DNA of 64,000 nt from Gammaproteobacteria bacterium (GTDB lineage Bacteria; Pseudomonadota; Gammaproteobacteria; Eutrophobiales; Eutrophobiaceae): NCBI GenBank assembly GCA_965221335.1, contig CBDCSC010000006.1, positions 199,570-263,569 of the forward strand. The letters are read 5' to 3'. A model generated the notes under the pieces. The model searched no databases. It saw only the letters and a program-made list of their open reading frames with translations, and was not told the origin of the DNA. Positions 53,602 through 63,849 of this stretch are shown one piece after another. Position numbers and translations under genes: made by a program. Each line of letters begins with the position of its first letter. Positions within the stretch are counted from its first letter, which is position 1.

Positions 53602-54666
53602 GTGTCTTTTCAGGCAATCATAGAACCACTGGGCGAGACGATAGAGGTCGAGGACGGCCAGAAGCTGCTTGATGCGGCATTGCGCGCCGGGGTATGGTTG
53701 CCGTATGCCTGTAACCACGGCGTCTGCGGCACCTGCAAGGTGGACGTGCTGGAAGGCGAGGTCGAGCATAACGAGGCGTCGTCGTTTGCCCTGATGGATA
53801 TCGAGCGGGACGAAGGCAAGACCCTGGCCTGTTGCGCGACCCTGTCATCCGATATTGTGATAGAGGCTGATATCGAAGAGGAAGACGACGCGCGCTACCT
53901 GCCGGTGGAGGATTTTACCGGCACAGTGGTCCGGTTGGAGGACCTGACCCCGACGATTAAAGGCATCTGGCTGGAAGTGCCGGGCGCCGGCATCGAATTC
54001 CAGGCCGGTCAGTACCTGAATCTCAATATTCCCGGCGTGGATATCCCCCGGGCATTTTCTTTGGCCAACCCGCCCTCCGAGAGGAATATCATCGAACTGA
54101 ATGTGCGCCATGTCCCCGACGGCCAGGCGACCACGTACCTGCATGAGCAACTCAAAACGGGAGACACACTCAGTTTCACCGCACCGTTGGGCCGGTTTTT
54201 TGTGCGCAAATCCGCGCCGGAACCGATGCTCTTCCTGGCCGGCGGCTCCGGCCTGTCCAGCCCCAAATCCATGATCCTGGACCTGCTGGAGAGCGGGGAT
54301 GAACGCGCGATCACGTTGATTTACGGCGCCCGCAACCGCGCGGAACTGTATTATTCTGACCTGTTCTGCGAACTTGCCGAAAAACACGATAATTTTCATT
54401 ACCTGGCCGCATTGTCTGAAGCATTGGATACGGATGACTGGGACGGCGCCCGTGGTTTCGTGCATGAGCTGGCCGAGCAGCATTTTGAACAGCGTTTTGA
54501 AGGTCATAAAGCCTACCTGTGCGGCCCGCCGCCGATGGTGGACAGTTGTATCACCAGCCTGATGCGCGGCCGCCTGTTTGAAGAACACATCTTCATGGAA
54601 AACTTTTTTACCGCCGCGGACAGTGAAAAACCGGCCCGCCGCAGCGCGTTGTTCAAGAAATTCTAG
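53602..54666 (+). CDS. dmpP: Phenol hydroxylase reductase (P5): plant-type 2Fe-2S + FNR-like FAD/NAD domains
   Basis: It has C.HG.CG.C...C, RAFS (FAD) and GGSG (NAD) motifs. The start is GTG. Confidence 0.9.
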   Translation: MSFQAIIEPLGETIEVEDGQKLLDAALRAGVWLPYACNHGVCGTCKVDVLEGEVEHNEASSFALMDIERDEGKTLACCATLSSDIVIEADIEEEDDARYLPVEDFTGTVVRLEDLTPTIKGIWLEVPGAGIEFQAGQYLNLNIPGVDIPRAFSLANPPSERNIIELNVRHVPDGQATTYLHEQLKTGDTLSFTAPLGRFFVRKSAPEPMLFLAGGSGLSSPKSMILDLLESGDERAITLIYGARNRAELYYSDLFCELAEKHDNFHYLAALSEALDTDDWDGARGFVHELAEQHFEQRFEGHKAYLCGPPPMVDSCITSLMRGRLFEEHIFMENFFTAADSEKPARRSALFKKF

Positions 54667-54686
54667 TACTCTTTCAACTTAATTTT
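54662..54686. repeat. Inverted partner of the 25-nt repeat at 6694-6718
   Basis: It is the exact reverse complement of 6694-6718. Confidence 0.8.
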
Positions 54687-54722
54687 GACATATTTAGAGC
54701 TGGCTGGCGTCAGAGTGTAATA

Positions 54723-55070
54723 ATGATGCACGCAGAAAAATTTACTATTATCATTGAAGATAGCGGTGAAGAATTCACCTGCGCGCCGGAGCGCAATGTG
54801 CTCAAGTCCATGGAGCAGTTGGGCAGGAAGGGCATCCCGGTGGGTTGCCGGGGCGGTGGTTGCGGAGTATGCCGGGTGCAGGTTGTCTGCGACGGTCGCT
54901 ACCGTACCGGCAAAATGAGCCGCGAACAGGTGCCCGTTGAGGATGAAGAACAACGCATTTGCCTGGCGTGCAAGCTGTTCCCCGAGGATAATCTTCGCTT
55001 GAAGGTTCTCGGCAAATGGCAGAAATACTTTTTGTCCGGTACACAATTTCTGTCAGAGAATACAAATTAA
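54723..55070 (+). CDS. dmpQ: Plant-type 2Fe-2S ferredoxin (XylT/DmpQ-like, C23O reactivation)
   Basis: 115 aa with CRGGGCGVCRV ... C. It lies immediately upstream of catechol 2,3-dioxygenase. Confidence 0.85.
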   Translation: MMHAEKFTIIIEDSGEEFTCAPERNVLKSMEQLGRKGIPVGCRGGGCGVCRVQVVCDGRYRTGKMSREQVPVEDEEQRICLACKLFPEDNLRLKVLGKWQKYFLSGTQFLSENTN

Positions 55071-55174
55071 GCCCAAATTTTTTCGGCACAGAGTAAAATT
55101 CATCTACTATATGAACCATGAATAATTTGCTGTTCTGCCCTGGTACCAGGCAATAACTCGAGGAGGAAAAGACA

Positions 55175-56098
55175 ATGTCATTTACTGGTGTGATGCGACC
55201 CGGCCATGCGGCAATCCGGGTATTGGATATGGATGAATCGGTAACGTACTACACGGAACGGTTGGGTTTGATAAAGACCGATGAGGATGCTCAGGGCAGG
55301 GTGTATCTCAAGGCCTGGGAAGAGCTGGACAGTTTTTCCATCGTGCTCAGGGAGGCCGATGCGCCGGGCATTGATTATACCGGCTATAAGACCTACTCGC
55401 GCGCGGACATGGATGAACTGGTGGGCAAGCTCAAGGATTACGGCCTGGATATCGAGTGGCTCCCGGAAGGCGAGTTGAACAATTGTGGCGAACGGGCCCG
55501 CTTCCAGACACCAACCGGTCATTACTTTGAATTGTATGCGGACAAGAAACAGATCGGCGATGGGCTTGGCCGGCTCAACCCCAATCCCTGGCCGGAAGGA
55601 TTGAAGGGCATGCAGGTCTACCGGTTTGACCATGTGCTGCTATACGGCCCCAAGGTTATTGAAACCACGAAAATTTTTACCGATGTGCTGGGTTTTGACC
55701 TGACCGAACGGGTGCTGACGCCGGACGACGAAATGAATGTCGCCTTCGTTTCCTGTTCCAACAAGGCCCATGACCTTGCCTTCGTGGAACATCCCGAACC
55801 GAACAAGCTGCACCATGTCTCGTTCATGCTGATGACCTGGGAAGAAGTGTTACGTGCCGCAGATTTAATGAGCATGCACGATATCTCCATTGACATCGGC
55901 CCCACCCGTCATGGCATTACCCGGGGGCGCACCATTTACTTCTTCGACCCGTCGGGTAATCGTAACGAAGTATTCTGTGGCGATTACACCTGGTATCCTG
56001 ATCGGGAGCCGATCACCTGGACGGCGGAAGAACTGGGCAGGGCTATCTTCTACCACGACAGGAGATTGAACGAAAACTTCCTGTCGGTGGTTACCTGA
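55175..56098 (+). CDS. dmpB: Catechol 2,3-dioxygenase (extradiol, type I)
   Basis: 307 aa. It has a two-module vicinal oxygen chelate fold: MRPGH..IRVLD..., FDH.LLYG, HHVSF. Confidence 0.9.
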   Translation: MSFTGVMRPGHAAIRVLDMDESVTYYTERLGLIKTDEDAQGRVYLKAWEELDSFSIVLREADAPGIDYTGYKTYSRADMDELVGKLKDYGLDIEWLPEGELNNCGERARFQTPTGHYFELYADKKQIGDGLGRLNPNPWPEGLKGMQVYRFDHVLLYGPKVIETTKIFTDVLGFDLTERVLTPDDEMNVAFVSCSNKAHDLAFVEHPEPNKLHHVSFMLMTWEEVLRAADLMSMHDISIDIGPTRHGITRGRTIYFFDPSGNRNEVFCGDYTWYPDREPITWTAEELGRAIFYHDRRLNENFLSVVT

Positions 56099-56111
56099 GG
56101 CTAAACTGGCC

Positions 56112-56537
56112 TTGATTGGAACACATCTCAAGGCCAGCGATTTAACGATCCCGGATGCTGAAATCGAGATTTCAGCGGTTCGCGCGCGCGGCGCCGGAGG
56201 GCAGAACGTCAACAAGGTCGCGACCGCGATCCACCTGCGTTTTGATATCCGCGCCTCGTCTCTGCCGGAACTGTATAAACAGCGCCTGCTGAAACTCAGG
56301 GACCGGCGTATCAGCAAGGACGGCGTGGTCGTCATCAAGGCAGGAAAATTCCGCACCCGGGAGAAAAACCGGAACGATGCTTTGCAGCGGCTGCAAGCGT
56401 TGATCAAAAGCGTTACCCTGACCAGGAAGAACAGGCGACCGACTGTTCCCACTCAATACGCACAGCAAAAAAGACTGGACCGTAAGACCCGGCGCGGACA
56501 GGTCAAATCCCTGCGCGCCAGGGTGATAGAGGAATGA
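56112..56537 (+). CDS. arfB: Alternative ribosome-rescue factor ArfB (peptidyl-tRNA hydrolase, YaeJ family)
   Basis: It has the GGQ motif (ARGAGGQNVNKVATAIHLRFDI) and a basic C-terminal tail. The start is TTG. Confidence 0.9.
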   Translation: MIGTHLKASDLTIPDAEIEISAVRARGAGGQNVNKVATAIHLRFDIRASSLPELYKQRLLKLRDRRISKDGVVVIKAGKFRTREKNRNDALQRLQALIKSVTLTRKNRRPTVPTQYAQQKRLDRKTRRGQVKSLRARVIEE

Positions 56538-56580
56538 GTTATTGGTTCTTTAACTGTTAAAGTACTTGGAATTAAGAGAT

Positions 56581-56608
56581 ATACTTGACCTGTATATTGT
56601 ACAAGTAT
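56581..56608. promoter_or_regulatory. Inverted repeat ATACTTG-N14-CAAGTAT containing a TGTACA core; a likely yefM-yoeB operator
   Basis: The arms lie at 56581-56587 and 56602-56608, with TGTACA at 56598-56603. This is 12 nt upstream of the yefM ATG. TGTACA cores are known from the E. coli yefM-yoeB operator. Confidence 0.5.
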
Positions 56609-56619
56609 GGCGCGATTCA

Positions 56620-56874
56620 ATGCGTGTAATCAATTTTTCTGAAGCAAGACACCAGTTGAAACAAGTCCTCGATCAAGTTGTTGAAGATTCCGACTGCACA
56701 ATCATCACGCGTCGGGATGCAGAAGACGCCGTGGTCATGTCGCTCGATCATTTCAATGGATTGATGGAAACAGTTTATCTATTAAACAGTCCGGCAAATT
56801 CAGAGCACTTGGCTGAATCAATCAAGCAATATCGCAAAGGGCAAACAAGGGAACATGGACTGATTAATGATTGA
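56620..56874 (+). CDS. yefM: Phd/YefM-family antitoxin
   Basis: MRVINFSEARHQLKQVLDQV....D...ITRR......VMSLD.FN.L.ET..LL.SP.N. The gene overlaps yoeB. Confidence 0.88.
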   Translation: MRVINFSEARHQLKQVLDQVVEDSDCTIITRRDAEDAVVMSLDHFNGLMETVYLLNSPANSEHLAESIKQYRKGQTREHGLIND

Positions 56875-57127
56875 AACGCTGGCATGGACGAAAGAAGCGT
56901 GGAATGACTACCTTTACTGGCAGAACCAGGGCAGGAATACCCTGAAACGCATCAACAAGCTCATTATGGATGCACAAAGATCGCCATTTTCCGGTATCGG
57001 CAAACCAGAACCGTTAAAAGGGAATTTGACCGGATTCTGGTCCAGACGAATTGATGAAGTTAACAGGCTGGCTTACGCTGTTGACACCGATAGACTGACA
57101 ATCATTTCGTGCAGCTATCATTACTAA
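56867..57127 (+). CDS. yoeB: YoeB/Txe-family mRNA interferase toxin
   Basis: 86 aa: ..W...AW.DY.YWQ.Q....LKRINKLI.D..R.PF.GIGKPEPLK..L.G.WSRRI....RL.Y......L.I.SC..HY. Confidence 0.9.
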   Translation: MIETLAWTKEAWNDYLYWQNQGRNTLKRINKLIMDAQRSPFSGIGKPEPLKGNLTGFWSRRIDEVNRLAYAVDTDRLTIISCSYHY

Positions 57128-57158
57128 GGAACCTCTGAGATTAAGTCAGAGTGCGTCC
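57128..57158. repeat. Solo palindromic unit (GGAACCTCTGA-N7-TCAGAG...)
   Basis: It lies between the convergent yoeB and hemL genes. Its right arm overlaps the hemL stop codon. Confidence 0.6.
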
Positions 57159-58435
57159 TGGATCAAGTTCTTGAATACGGTCGCGGCGGCTTCGATGGTT
57201 CTGTCTATCTCTTTATTGCCGTGGGCGCCGGAGATAAAGCCGGCCTCGTAACTTGAGGGCGCCAGGTAGACCCCTTGTTCCAGCATGCCGTGAAAAAAAC
57301 GGTTGAAGGTCTCCTGGTCGCAAGCGGTCGCCTGTTCGTATGAGGTGATGGGGGAAGCGTCGGTAAAAAACAGTCCGAACATGCCGATCGCGTAGGTTGT
57401 GGTCATGGGCACGCCGTTTGCGTCAGCCGCTTGCTTCAATCCTTTGAGCAGCTTGTTCAGGTTTGCTGACAGACCGGCAAAAAACCCGGGTTCCGATATC
57501 AGTTCCAGGGTTGTCAGGCCGGCAGCCATCGCGACGGGATTGCCGGACAGGGTCCCCGCCTGGTAGACGGCGCCGTCCGGCGCCAGGCAATTCATGATCG
57601 CCTTGCGGCCGCCGAACGCGCCAACCGGCATACCGCCACCGATTACCTTGCCGAGCAAGGTCAGGTCGGGCTTGATACCGTATAAGGACTGAGCGCCGCC
57701 CAACGCTAGACGAAAACCGGTCATCACTTCATCAAAGATCAGGACGCTCCCATACCGGTCACAGACCGCGCGCAAGGTATCCAGGAAGCGTTGTGAACCG
57801 GGGATGCAGTTCATGTTGCCGGCAACCGGCTCTACGATCACTGCGGCAACCTCCTCGCCGATGTCGGTAAATACACCGATGACCTGGTCGTGGTCGTTAT
57901 AGGGCAGTGTAATGGTGTGCCTTGCCAGGTCCGCGGGTACGCCCAGCGAGGTGGGGATACCCAGGGTCAAAGCGCCGGAACCGGCCTTGACCAGCAGTGA
58001 ATCGGCATGCCCGTGGTAGCAGCCTTCGAACTTGATGATTTTATCCCTGCCGGTAACGCCACGCGCCAGCCTGATGGCGCTCATCGCCGCTTCCGTGCCT
58101 GAGTTGACCATGCGTATCCTTTCCAGCGCGGGCATAAGTGAGCAGATTTTTTTTGCCAGCGCGGTTTCTATCCGGGTTGGCGCCCCGAAACTCAAACCAT
58201 CCGCCAATGCGTCCCGTACCCGCTCCAGGACAAGCGGATGCGCGTGTCCGAGGATCATCGGTCCCCAGGAACCGACGTAATCGATGTAGGCGCGCCCGTC
58301 GGTGTCATACAGGTAGGCGCCGCTGCCGCGCTCGAAAAAGATCGGGTCACCGCCCACGGCCTTGAACGCGCGCACCGGCGAATTCACGCCGCCGGCGATA
58401 TATTCTTTTGCTTGTTCAAAATGGCTACGCTTCAT
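57146..58435 (-). CDS. hemL: Glutamate-1-semialdehyde 2,1-aminomutase
   Basis: 429 aa with [21 protein letters not shown], and the PLP-lysine block LGKVIGGG. Confidence 0.93.
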   Translation of the reverse strand: MKRSHFEQAKEYIAGGVNSPVRAFKAVGGDPIFFERGSGAYLYDTDGRAYIDYVGSWGPMILGHAHPLVLERVRDALADGLSFGAPTRIETALAKKICSLMPALERIRMVNSGTEAAMSAIRLARGVTGRDKIIKFEGCYHGHADSLLVKAGSGALTLGIPTSLGVPADLARHTITLPYNDHDQVIGVFTDIGEEVAAVIVEPVAGNMNCIPGSQRFLDTLRAVCDRYGSVLIFDEVMTGFRLALGGAQSLYGIKPDLTLLGKVIGGGMPVGAFGGRKAIMNCLAPDGAVYQAGTLSGNPVAMAAGLTTLELISEPGFFAGLSANLNKLLKGLKQAADANGVPMTTTYAIGMFGLFFTDASPITSYEQATACDQETFNRFFHGMLEQGVYLAPSSYEAGFISGAHGNKEIDRTIEAAATVFKNLIQDAL

Positions 58436-59162
58436 TATCTGTTTTTACCACAATGTGCGTGGATGGCGCTGGTTTTTTTCCGGAGAGGGTACCAGTATCT
58501 TCCGTGAAGGCAAAATGCCGGTTGAATTCCTGCACGACTGAATGAGGGTCTTCAGACTGGTAGACACTGCTGATCACCGCGAGCATATCGGCGCCATGTT
58601 CGATTAGTGTTCCGCAGTTTGTCGGGGTTATTCCTCCAATTGCGGCAATCGGCAGAGTCAGTTGAGCTTTTGCCTGGCTTATGATTTCAGACTCGGCGGA
58701 AACAGCATGTTGCTTGGAGAGGCTTGGAAAGAATGCGCCGAACGCAACATAATTCGCGCCGTGTTCCTGGGCAGACACCGCGCGCTGCAAGCTGTTATAA
58801 CAGGAAATGCCGATAATGGCGCGTGGTCCCAGTTCTTTTCTTGCCGTTTTGCAATCAATATCGTCCTTGCCCAGGTGCACGCCATCACATTTTACCGAGA
58901 TGGCCAGTTCCAGGTCGTCGTTGATGATCAGCGGGCAACCGTATTGATGGCATAGGTGCCGTAATCGGGTCGCTTCGTATGCTCTTTTGGCGCGATCACC
59001 GGACTTGTCCCGGTATTGCAGCGCCGCGACACCGGCCCTCAGTACCTGTTCCGTTACGCTCAGAAGACTGTCCGTGGACAGCCTGGCGCAGTCCGTAATA
59101 ACGTACAGCCCTTTCACTTGAGCAAGCGTTCGGGATGCAACTGCGATTGGCCTATGCGGCAT
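58425..59162 (-). CDS. thiE: Thiamine-phosphate synthase
   Basis: It has GLYVITD, LQYRDK, NDD..LA...DGVHLG..D and GGI. A GTG at 59117 overlapping the thiD stop (GTGA) is the more likely start. The C-terminal ~30 aa tail overlaps hemL by 11 nt. Confidence 0.88.
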   Translation of the reverse strand: MPHRPIAVASRTLAQVKGLYVITDCARLSTDSLLSVTEQVLRAGVAALQYRDKSGDRAKRAYEATRLRHLCHQYGCPLIINDDLELAISVKCDGVHLGKDDIDCKTARKELGPRAIIGISCYNSLQRAVSAQEHGANYVAFGAFFPSLSKQHAVSAESEIISQAKAQLTLPIAAIGGITPTNCGTLIEHGADMLAVISSVYQSEDPHSVVQEFNRHFAFTEDTGTLSGKKPAPSTHIVVKTDNEA

Positions 59163-59884
59163 GCCAGTTTCAATGTCTTCCAGGTGTATTCCTGGGCATT
59201 TTCCACTGCAACGCGCGCCGTCTCGCCCCGGGCCAGCGCGCCTGCTATTGCGGCTGACAGGGTGCAGCCTGAGCCGTGATATGTATCGGGCAGTTTGTGC
59301 TGGCGGTAGTGGTATATTGAGCGGGTATTGCTCATCCAGACATTGATGAGTTGGTTGTCTGTTTGGCCGGCGCTGGTGAGTAAAGCCGTCTCACAGCCGA
59401 GATCCAATAGTCTGTGCAGCGCGTCCTCCGTGTCATTGCAAGCGGTAAGCGCCAACGCTTCCTCCCGGTTGGGCGTGATCACACTCGCGTGGGGAAACAG
59501 GCATTCGGTCATCGCCTGAATCAGCTCAGGTGAAGATAAATTGGCGCCGGCGCCGGCGCTCAGCACCGGATCCAGCACGACGGGAACCTTTGCTGAGGCC
59601 AGGTAATCGCCAATAATCCCGATCAGTTCAACATTGCCGATGAGGCCGATTTTACACGCGTCAACGGTAATGTCCCCGGTCAACAGGTTCAGTTGTTCGC
59701 TGAAGTTTGCCGGTGATTGTGGCGTCATGGTCCTGAATTCAGCCGTGTTTTGTGCGGTCAGCGCAGTAATGACCGAAACGCAGTGGCAGCCGGCATGTGC
59801 CAGCGCTTCGATATCGGCCTGTACCCCGGCTGCGCCGGACGGATCATGGCCGGAAAACGCCAGCACTACAGGCTTTTTGCGCAT
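59114..59884 (-). CDS. thiD: Hydroxymethylpyrimidine/phosphomethylpyrimidine kinase
   Basis: It has the DPSGGAG-like block (HDPSGAAGVQAD), KIG.. and GSGCTLSAAIA. Confidence 0.9.
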   Translation of the reverse strand: MRKKPVVLAFSGHDPSGAAGVQADIEALAHAGCHCVSVITALTAQNTAEFRTMTPQSPANFSEQLNLLTGDITVDACKIGLIGNVELIGIIGDYLASAKVPVVLDPVLSAGAGANLSSPELIQAMTECLFPHASVITPNREEALALTACNDTEDALHRLLDLGCETALLTSAGQTDNQLINVWMSNTRSIYHYRQHKLPDTYHGSGCTLSAAIAGALARGETARVAVENAQEYTWKTLKLACRIGQSQLHPERLLK

Positions 59885-59887
59885 GAG

Positions 59888-60313
59888 CTAGAGGGGTTTG
59901 TATACGGCCAGCAGGATGATCGCAATGAGGAAGATTACCGGAATTTCATTGTACCAACGGTACCAGACATGTGAATGGCGGTTGCGATCATGCTTGTAAT
60001 CCCGCAGCAACTTGCCGCAGTGAACGTGATAGCCGAGCAGCAGCAGCAGTAGCGCCAGTTTTACCTGGAACCAGGTTTGGCCCGCATAGTTGGCCCAGCC
60101 GTTGTATACGCTTAACCAGATGCCGAACACCAGGGTCAGAAGGGCGCCGGGAGTCATGATGCCGAAATAGAGTTTCCGTTCCATGACCTTGAACCGATCA
60201 ATACTGATCTCGTCAGTGCTCATCGCGTGGTACACGAACAGCCTGGGAAGGTAAAACAACCCGGCAAACCAGGTTACCATGAAGATCAGGTGGAGCGATT
60301 TCAGCAACAGCAT
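59888..60313 (-). CDS. hemJ: Protoporphyrinogen IX oxidase HemJ
   Basis: 141 aa with four TM helices. The block K.LH...M..WFAGLFYLPRLFVYH is typical of HemJ. Confidence 0.88.
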   Translation of the reverse strand: MLLLKSLHLIFMVTWFAGLFYLPRLFVYHAMSTDEISIDRFKVMERKLYFGIMTPGALLTLVFGIWLSVYNGWANYAGQTWFQVKLALLLLLLGYHVHCGKLLRDYKHDRNRHSHVWYRWYNEIPVIFLIAIILLAVYKPL

Positions 60314-60333
60314 GATGGCAGGTGAGGATGTGC

Positions 60334-60888
60334 TTAAACCTGTGCTCTTGTTGGCGCAGTAGATTTGTTTGCTTTAGCGGTGGCCTGTACATGCAGCAGG
60401 TTTTCAACCTGCTGTTTGAGTTTACCGATATCCATCTCGCCGATTTTGTGTTTGATTATCCTGCCGTCGGGGTCGATGAGGAAAGATGTCGGCGTTAGCA
60501 TGACGTTGCCGAACGCGGCTGCCAGCGCGCCGTCCAGGTCCAGCGCGATGGGGTACGGCAGTTGCCGCTCAGTGGTGAGTTCCACTACCCGGTTCGGCGG
60601 ATCGTAGGACATCGCGACGCCGATCAGTTCAAAACCGGCATTGCCGAACTCTTCGTACAGCTCCACCAGGTGCGGCATCTCTTTCAGGCAGCCGGGACAG
60701 CTAGTGGCCCAGAAGGTTACCAGGATCGGCCGTCCGCGCAGTTCACCCATGTTGAGTTTCTCACCTTCCAGGGTGGTGAACGTTACGTCAGGCGCCCATT
60801 TCAATCCGGACGGACTCATCCACAGCCAGAACGACAGGCCGGCAACCGCGAGGATGAAGATGGCTGAAATGGTTTCCTTGATTTTCAT
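60334..60888 (-). CDS. TlpA/ResA-like periplasmic thiol:disulfide oxidoreductase
   Basis: It has an N-terminal membrane anchor and the thioredoxin motif WATSCPGC. The ATG at 60888 is preferred over the ORF-track start at 60996. Confidence 0.85.
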   Translation of the reverse strand: MKIKETISAIFILAVAGLSFWLWMSPSGLKWAPDVTFTTLEGEKLNMGELRGRPILVTFWATSCPGCLKEMPHLVELYEEFGNAGFELIGVAMSYDPPNRVVELTTERQLPYPIALDLDGALAAAFGNVMLTPTSFLIDPDGRIIKHKIGEMDIGKLKQQVENLLHVQATAKANKSTAPTRAQV

Positions 60889-60905
60889 AGGCCCATTATA
60901 CCGTA

Positions 60906-61367
60906 TCAGAAAATCCCTGCCTCCAATCCCGCGGCCATGGTCATGCCCAGTTCTTCGCAGGACACGAGAAATTCCTCGCGATAGTCCCCGCGGCAAACCA
61001 GCGGTTCCTGCACCGCTTTCCAGGCCAGCCCCTTGATAATACGCTCGATGCTGGTCCTGGCCCCCGTGCCGTCATTGCCTGCCCGGATGAACAGTGCGTA
61101 GGGCAGACCTTCGGTTTTTTCCAGGCATGGATAATAGATCCGTTCAAAAAAGTCCTTGATCGCGCCACTCATGTACCCGAAGTTTTCTGTTGTGCCGAGA
61201 ATGACCGCATTGGCCCATAATACGTCTTCTGCTCCGGCTTCCCCCGGAACGAGCACTCGCAGGTCAACCCCCTGAATGTCCTCATGGGATGCGCCGCCAA
61301 CCACCGCATCCGTCATCGCGCTGGTATTGGCGGAAGGCACATGGGAGACAATCAATAGACGGGACAT
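60906..61367 (-). CDS. Flavodoxin-like fold / NAD(P)H-dependent oxidoreductase family protein
   Basis: About 153 aa from the ATG at 61367 (MSRLLIVSHVPS.NT). The block VILGTTENFGYMSG..K.FF is typical of flavodoxin-like proteins. Confidence 0.65.
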   Translation of the reverse strand: MSRLLIVSHVPSANTSAMTDAVVGGASHEDIQGVDLRVLVPGEAGAEDVLWANAVILGTTENFGYMSGAIKDFFERIYYPCLEKTEGLPYALFIRAGNDGTGARTSIERIIKGLAWKAVQEPLVCRGDYREEFLVSCEELGMTMAAGLEAGIF

Positions 61368-61401
61368 TTGAATATCATGTTCAGATAAGGTTATTATTTC
61401 A

Positions 61402-61433
61402 GCAAGCTCTGAACAAGTCCATCCTGAACTTCC
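61402..61433. repeat. Partial, inverted copy of module 5
   Basis: AAGCTCTGAACAAGTCCATCCTG is the exact reverse complement of part of copy A (about 28982-29004). Confidence 0.7.
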
Positions 61434-61469
61434 GCAAATTTGACAGGTATTTAATCCAGGCATCTGAAA

Positions 61470-62501
61470 ATGATCAACGCAGGCATAGTCGGTGGCACGG
61501 GCTACACAGGCGTAGAATTGATACGCTTCCTGTCCGGTCACCCGCAAGTGGAACTGGTGACCGTCACGTCGCGGACGGAGCAGGGCAGGCCGGTATCCGG
61601 ATTGTTCCCGTCACTGCGCGGGGCGGCAGACCTGGTGTTTTCCGATCCCGAATCCGGCGCGCTGTCGGACTGCGACGTGGTGTTTTTTGCAACGCCCAGC
61701 GGCACGGCCATGCACCAGGCCCCGGGATTGCTCGAAGCCGGGGTCAAGGTTATCGACCTGTCGGCCGATTATCGCCTGCGAGACCGTAATGAGTGGGAGC
61801 GCTGGTATGGCCAGGAACATGCCAGTCCCGGTTACCTGGACGAAGCAGTGTATGGTCTGCCGGAAGTCAATCGCGCCGATATCGCGGGTGCGCGCCTGGT
61901 TGCCAATCCGGGCTGTTACCCGACCGTGATACAACTGGGCTTTATGCCGCTGCTGGAGGAGGACCTGGTGGAACCCGACAGCCTTATCGCCGACGCCAAG
62001 TCCGGCGTCAGCGGCGCGGGGCGCAGTGCCTCTCTGAGGACCCAGTTCTGTGAGGCCGGTGAATCCTTTTCCGCCTATTCCGCCGGCGGGCACCGCCACT
62101 TGCCTGAGATCAAGCAAGGTCTCAGCGCGGTGTGTTACGGGGATATGGAACTGGTGTTTGTCCCTCACCTGTTGCCCATCATCCGCGGAATACACGCAAC
62201 CTTGTATGCGCGCCTGAAACAGCCCGGCGCCGACCTGCATGGTTTGTTCACCAAGCGCTATCAGGGGGAACGCTTTGTTGACGTGTTGCCTGAAGGCGTA
62301 CACCCGGACACGGCCTCGGTCCGTGGTTCCAATACCTGCAGGATAGCCGTTTTTCAGCCACAGGATGGCGCCACAGCCGTTATACTTGCCGTGGAGGATA
62401 ACCTGGTGAAAGGCGCTGCAGGCCAGGCGCTGCAGAATTTGAATATAATGTATGGTCTTGATGAAGCAACGGGCCTGACGCAACGCGCGCTCTGGCCTTG
62501 A
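61470..62501 (+). CDS. argC: N-acetyl-gamma-glutamyl-phosphate reductase
   Basis: It has [15 protein letters not shown] and the active-site block NPGCYPT. Confidence 0.93.
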   Translation: MINAGIVGGTGYTGVELIRFLSGHPQVELVTVTSRTEQGRPVSGLFPSLRGAADLVFSDPESGALSDCDVVFFATPSGTAMHQAPGLLEAGVKVIDLSADYRLRDRNEWERWYGQEHASPGYLDEAVYGLPEVNRADIAGARLVANPGCYPTVIQLGFMPLLEEDLVEPDSLIADAKSGVSGAGRSASLRTQFCEAGESFSAYSAGGHRHLPEIKQGLSAVCYGDMELVFVPHLLPIIRGIHATLYARLKQPGADLHGLFTKRYQGERFVDVLPEGVHPDTASVRGSNTCRIAVFQPQDGATAVILAVEDNLVKGAAGQALQNLNIMYGLDEATGLTQRALWP

Positions 62502-63247
62502 TCCGTCAGTATACTTTTATCCCGGGCAATATAATCTTGAACAGTTTTATCATAAGACCTCGAAGGTCGTTGCGTTATTGGGTCTCCCTGCTGGGCCTGG
62601 TCGCCGTATTGCTGCTGCTGTTGCTATTCATCAACCGGGGAAATCTGGACGCCGGTTTGAGTTTCTGGTTTGCAGACGGGGGACTGGCCACGCAAGAACT
62701 GCGCGGCAGGAACGCAGAATTGCAAGAAAAAATACTTATCCTGGAGCAGAACAGCCAGGTGGACAAACTGGCCGCCGCCTTGTTGCAGGAACAATTGATC
62801 GATTCACAAGAGGATAACTTCCGGTTGCGAAAAGACCTGGAATTCTACAAGGGGATCATTGATGTAAAAGGTGGCAGGAACTCCCCGATAATTCACGGAA
62901 TGCGAATAAAACCGCTGGCGCGCGACCGCAGTTACCGGCTGGAGCTGATACTGCTCCATATTACCAATACGGACAAGGTGTTCGAAGGGATGCTCAATGT
63001 TGTTGTAGAAGGCATGCGGGACAGCAGCGAAACGCGCCTTTCGCTGAATGAAATCGGCATGAACCTGAACTATGCAGTCAGTTTAAGGAATTTCCAGCGT
63101 ATCGAGAATGATTTTATCTTGCCGGAAAACTTCCATCCGCATAAAATCCTTGTGACTATAACGATGGAAAACGAGGAAGACGCCGGATTCGAAGATACAT
63201 TTGATTGGCCGTTAACAGAAAACGGAGAGATAGCAGATGTTGGGTAG
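62498..63247 (+). CDS. Membrane-anchored coiled-coil protein, function unknown
   Basis: It has a single TM helix ([19 protein letters not shown]) followed by a heptad-like region. It sits in a conserved position between argC and the bactofilin gene. Confidence 0.55.
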   Translation: MIRQYTFIPGNIILNSFIIRPRRSLRYWVSLLGLVAVLLLLLLFINRGNLDAGLSFWFADGGLATQELRGRNAELQEKILILEQNSQVDKLAAALLQEQLIDSQEDNFRLRKDLEFYKGIIDVKGGRNSPIIHGMRIKPLARDRSYRLELILLHITNTDKVFEGMLNVVVEGMRDSSETRLSLNEIGMNLNYAVSLRNFQRIENDFILPENFHPHKILVTITMENEEDAGFEDTFDWPLTENGEIADVG

Positions 63248-63638
63248 CAACAGAAAGAAAAAAAGCGAGAAAATTGATTCCCTGATCGGCGAGAACACTG
63301 AAATCATCGGTGACATCAAATTCAGCGGAGGTTTGCACGTGGACGGCAGGATCAAGGGAAGTATTATCGCGGAGAGTGACAGCAATTCAGTATTATCTCT
63401 CAGCCATCAGGGTGTGATAGAAGGTGAAATACATGTACCGTATAACGTGATAGATGGCACCGTGATCGGCGATATCTACAGCAGCGAACATATCGAACTG
63501 CAAGCCAGGTCGCGTATTACCGGCGATGTTTATTACAATCTGCTGGAAATATCCAGCGGCGCGCAGATAAGCGGGCGGCTCGTGCATACGCCCAATAGCA
63601 AAGGCGAGCCACTGGCCGGCGTTGAAGAAGCGCCGTAA
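63237..63638 (+). CDS. Bactofilin family cytoskeletal protein
   Basis: 133 aa with a repetitive beta-helix pattern (G.I.F.G.L.VDG.I.G.I ... I.G.V.GDI). Confidence 0.8.
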   Translation: MLGSNRKKKSEKIDSLIGENTEIIGDIKFSGGLHVDGRIKGSIIAESDSNSVLSLSHQGVIEGEIHVPYNVIDGTVIGDIYSSEHIELQARSRITGDVYYNLLEISSGAQISGRLVHTPNSKGEPLAGVEEAP

Positions 63639-63683
63639 AAACCGGCGCCCGTTATCGGCAACGATTATAGCCGGCGCCGGTTT
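63639..63683 (+). terminator. Hairpin immediately after the bactofilin stop codon
   Basis: An 11-bp perfect stem, AAACCGGCGCC / GGCGCCGGTTT. The loop is about 23 nt and only a short T run follows. Confidence 0.35.
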
Positions 63684-63746
63684 ACGCCCCGCCGTTCTTC
63701 TCGCTGTTTTTCTTGAAAAATAAGCAACAGCCCTATATATTATTAA

Positions 63747-63796
63747 GGAACCTCTGATTAAGTCGTCAGAGTTTCCTACGATACAAGGATGTTTCC
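63747..63796. repeat. Partial copy (modules 1-2) of the composite element
   Basis: GGAACCTCTGATTAAGTCGTCAGAGTTTCCTACGATACAAGGATGT is nearly identical to the 5' end of copy B. Confidence 0.75.
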
Positions 63797-63849
63797 TTAA
63801 CTTGATACCCGCGATGCGCGGTAACCAGACAGGTTCAAAGACAACCAGT

